IMG/VR virus record: IMGVR_UViG_3300036768_001066
Reading direction: 5' to 3' (one strand)
Source of the DNA: a virus
Lineage: Duplodnaviria; Heunggongvirae; Uroviricota; Caudoviricetes
DNA length: 64,000 bases
Positions within the stretch are counted from its first letter, which is position 1, and the number at the start of each line of letters is the position of its first letter. Made by a program: the position numbers and the translations under genes. The notes under the pieces are model-generated. The model was not told where the DNA came from. It worked only from the letters and a program-made list of their open reading frames with translations, and searched no databases. Of this stretch, positions 61,411 through 64,000 are shown one piece after another.

Positions 61411-64000
61411 TTACTTACTCTCTTTAGAAAGTGCTCCCGAAAGTGCTCCCGAATATGATTTAAGCTTTTCGAGCGCTTCTTCTATCAACTTACTTTCTAT
61501 TTTATCATTTCCCTTGATAAATGTTCCGATTTCCTCGAGATTTTTTACAACACTTTCGAGCTTAGTTTGCAACTCACTCATCTCCTCTTTTGGTGTCTCT
61601 TCGACAATCTTTACGTACTTCTTAGGAAGCGTTCCGATGTCCTCCTTAGGCTCCTTGATCTTAACTGGATCGTCGTCACCGGCTGCCGTGTAATCGGCCG
61701 CGTTTATCTCGACCTGCTCGCCCTCTTTGTAAGGACCGAAGTTGATGGTAATCGTGCCCTTTACGTACACATCGAGATTCTCAGGCGCGTTAGCATCGGA
61801 TCCCTCTGGTGCCTGCTCGTTCTCAGCTACTTCTTTAGCGGCGTCCTTAGCTGCGGCAGCATTGGCCGCTTGGTTGTCTGCCGATTTAGGCTTTATCTCT
61901 TCGAGTTGGTCCTCGTTGTAGTTTCCGGACCCGCCGTCATCCCATAGAATCGTGAACGTATGTTCCGTTGTGTTAGATGCCGTGATTTTTCCCATTCTGT
62001 CGGAACCCTTGAGCTTAACCTGGACATTAGTGTTGAGCGCCTCGTTAGACTTCTCCTCACCCTGGTCCTGTGCCGCCGGTTCTACTACCGCGCCTTCTCT
62101 GCCTTCAGCATTGGCCGCATCAGCGGTTGGTTCCTGTGCAGGTTCCTCGCCAGGTGCATTTGCCGGGTTAGGATCTACCGAAGGTGCTGAATCAACTGCA
62201 GGAGCATCCTGCGCGTTAGGCGCGAGGTTATCTGGTATTGTTATCTCGGCGTTTGTAGATGTAGGTTGTACCGCAGTAACGTCTGCGAGGTTGCTGCCAT
62301 CAGCTACCGGTGTCTGGCTGCCTTCAGCTCCCGCAAATCCCGCGTCGACAACTGCAGCTCCAGGCGCTGCTGGTTCTGCCGCAGCTGCGTTGGCATCTAT
62401 GTGGTCGTTACCTTGTATAGCTTGTGTCTGTACTTGCGCTCCTTCCGCCCCAGCAAGTCCCACGTTAACTACTTCGGCTGACGATGCAGCTGGCGCACCG
62501 TCTGTAGAAGGAATGTCTGTGGGAGTTGGTTCTGCAGGAACTCCAGGCTCCTCGGCTGGCTTATCGCCCTCCGGTTCCTCATCCTTAATCTCTACAGGCT
62601 CGCCCTCTTCCTCTTCATCAGCGTTCTCGAACTTCTTAAGTTCGGTGTTCAGCTCTTGCCAAGATGATCTTGCGTTGTTGAGCTCGGCGGATACGAGTTC
62701 TTTAGCGGCCAATATTTCTGGAACATCGGCTATCTCAGGGTTTGCCGATATTGCGTTCTCAATCTTGTTGAGTTCGCCCTCGAGCAAGTTGATGTTATTC
62801 ATAACAACGCCGAGATTCTTCTCCATATCGGACTTCTTCTTGGCGTCACCAGTCAGAAGGTCTGCGAGAGATTCAGATACGTTGTAGCTCAAGAAGTTCT
62901 TAACGAATTTTACGGCTTGCATACCGTTAGCCTCGAAGAACTTATTCTCGTTCATAGAAGGATTGACCTTGTTGAGGTAAACCTTGTCTGCGCAACGGAA
63001 CATATAAACACCAGTACCTTCGTACAGGTTAGAGAATATGGCCTTACCGAAGTCAATCTCCATGATGGATGCTGCGCTCTCAGCGAGCTTTACGGCCACC
63101 TTAATCATAGGGCTCGTAGAACCGAAGATGGTTCCCTGTGAGTAGTTCATCAGCGTGCTGCCGAGGGTATTGAGGGTAACTTCCTGCTCGTTTACCTTGA
63201 TAGAATCGCCGATTGTAACCTTGTGCTTGCCTACGTAAACTACGATATTATCGTTTGCTACTTTAACGGACTCGTTAAAGAATGCCTCGCAAAGTTCGAG
63301 GTATTCCTTAGGGAGTGCGTTTACCTGCGCCTCTGACATCTTGTTGATGCCAGCGCTGTTCGCAGCGTAGAAGTTGTTGCCGGCCTTGAAAATCCGGAAG
63401 CCAGACTTCATGATAACAGGCGAGTAGATGTTGGATATTGTGCAGTTGGATCCACTCACTGGCACGTTGAACTGTGTGCCCTTGGAGTTCTCCATGAGCA
63501 TAAGCTTGTTGGTGAGGTTCCTAACGATTGAGTTGAACTGGTACGACTTCATCTCCTTGATGAGCGTCGGCACGTTGCGTTTTTCGTTGTTGACCCAGTT
63601 TGTGAGCTTCTCGACTACCGAGGAAAAGAACCCCCTGGTGTCGGTGTTCCTTATGTCGAATATCGCGTTCTGCACCTCAACTATGGCAGCTTTGCCCTCG
63701 AGGTTGGATTTAACCTTGTTGTACGACTCGGAAACTTCCTTGTCCCACGTGAACGGAGATATGCTCGACACGTAGTCGGTCACTATCTTCGACTCAGATA
63801 TGTTGCTGTTCACGTATCCCTCGAACTTCTCGAGGATGTACTTGAACTGCGGGTGCTTGGACATGTTTGTCTTCTTGAGCGCCTCTATGGACTCAGACAC
63901 TCCGTACGAAGCGAGCTCGAGCTTGCTGACCATCTGCTGGGCAGACAGGTCCTTGTCGCCGATCTTTTTGAGACCCTCGAGTATCGCTTTTTCGTTCTCA
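61411..64000 (-). CDS. Large protein (more than 860 aa; N-terminus probably outside window) with long Ala/Pro/Glu-rich low-complexity linker
   Basis: ORF 61411..63933 stays open in-frame to the window edge. Confidence 0.55.
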   Translation of the reverse strand, partial: ENEKAILEGLKKIGDKDLSAQQMVSKLELASYGVSESIEALKKTNMSKHPQFKYILEKFEGYVNSNISESKIVTDYVSSISPFTWDKEVSESYNKVKSNLEGKAAIVEVQNAIFDIRNTDTRGFFSSVVEKLTNWVNNEKRNVPTLIKEMKSYQFNSIVRNLTNKLMLMENSKGTQFNVPVSGSNCTISNIYSPVIMKSGFRIFKAGNNFYAANSAGINKMSEAQVNALPKEYLELCEAFFNESVKVANDNIVVYVGKHKVTIGDSIKVNEQEVTLNTLGSTLMNYSQGTIFGSTSPMIKVAVKLAESAASIMEIDFGKAIFSNLYEGTGVYMFRCADKVYLNKVNPSMNENKFFEANGMQAVKFVKNFLSYNVSESLADLLTGDAKKKSDMEKNLGVVMNNINLLEGELNKIENAISANPEIADVPEILAAKELVSAELNNARSSWQELNTELKKFENADEEEEGEPVEIKDEEPEGDKPAEEPGVPAEPTPTDIPSTDGAPAASSAEVVNVGLAGAEGAQVQTQAIQGNDHIDANAAAAEPAAPGAAVVDAGFAGAEGSQTPVADGSNLADVTAVQPTSTNAEITIPDNLAPNAQDAPAVDSAPSVDPNPANAPGEEPAQEPTADAANAEGREGAVVEPAAQDQGEEKSNEALNTNVQVKLKGSDRMGKITASNTTEHTFTILWDDGGSGNYNEDQLEEIKPKSADNQAANAAAAKDAAKEVAENEQAPEGSDANAPENLDVYVKGTITINFGPYKEGEQVEINAADYTAAGDDDPVKIKEPKEDIGTLPKKYVKIVEETPKEEMSELQTKLESVVKNLEEIGTFIKGNDKIESKLIEEALEKLKSYSGALSGALSKESK

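Noticed and set aside
374-63775. Most plus-strand ORFs in the six-frame track (e.g. 374..667, 984..1310, 5899..6795, 7694..8461, 22571..23392, 42792..43463, 59810..60436, 61952..62887)
   Set aside because: They lie antisense to longer, family-recognisable minus-strand genes, are often low-complexity (S/A/R/L-rich), and lack upstream motifs. Only 47372..48070 and 50332..50757 have independent support, from a promoter-like motif in plus orientation and, for the second, a terminator.
1-64000. CRISPR arrays, integrase/transposase genes, IS elements
   Set aside because: No direct-repeat/spacer periodicity and no recombinase or transposase signatures were seen. The only mobile elements are the two intein-associated LAGLIDADG endonucleases.

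Overview
This 64 kb window is a densely packed, almost entirely minus-strand segment of a T4-like (Straboviridae-related) myovirus genome. Genes start with Shine-Dalgarno motifs and the standard genetic code is in use.

Recognisable morphogenesis genes are a gp17-like large terminase split by two LAGLIDADG inteins, an adjacent intein-free paralog of its ATPase domain, a gp18-like tail sheath, a gp19-like tail tube, a 1120-aa multi-transmembrane repeat protein in the tape-measure position, a gp20-like portal and a gp44-like clamp loader.

The window also carries two minus-strand tRNA arrays with about 22 tRNA or tRNA-like genes. Several are canonical; others are type-II-like twins that share anticodon arms with a canonical neighbour, or are decayed copies.

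A large accessory cargo lies between the structural genes:
- NAD+ salvage genes (NAMPT, an NMNAT-like protein and two Nudix hydrolases).
- An ADP-ribosylation set (a WGR-PARP-like protein, a second PARP-like ADP-ribosyltransferase, and a NADAR).
- An RNA and tRNA repair set (Rnl2-like RNA ligase, a second small ATP-dependent ligase, a 2H phosphoesterase, a CCA-adding enzyme, a GGQ release-factor-like peptidyl-tRNA hydrolase, and a NYN nuclease).
- Pyrimidine metabolism genes (dCMP deaminase, a thymidylate synthase with insertions, a DNPH1/Rcl-like protein).
- An adenylylsulfate (APS) kinase (CysC).
- An ECF sigma factor and, on the plus strand, a PrsW-like membrane protease.
- A metallophosphoesterase and a lytic transglycosylase.

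A recurring ATATATAA motif sits upstream of many genes. Clear rho-independent terminators follow the sheath gene, the tube gene and several others. Several genes look frameshifted or decayed.

All calls rest on motif recognition by eye and remembered family signatures; no database search was run. Coordinates of small features carry an uncertainty of a few nucleotides.
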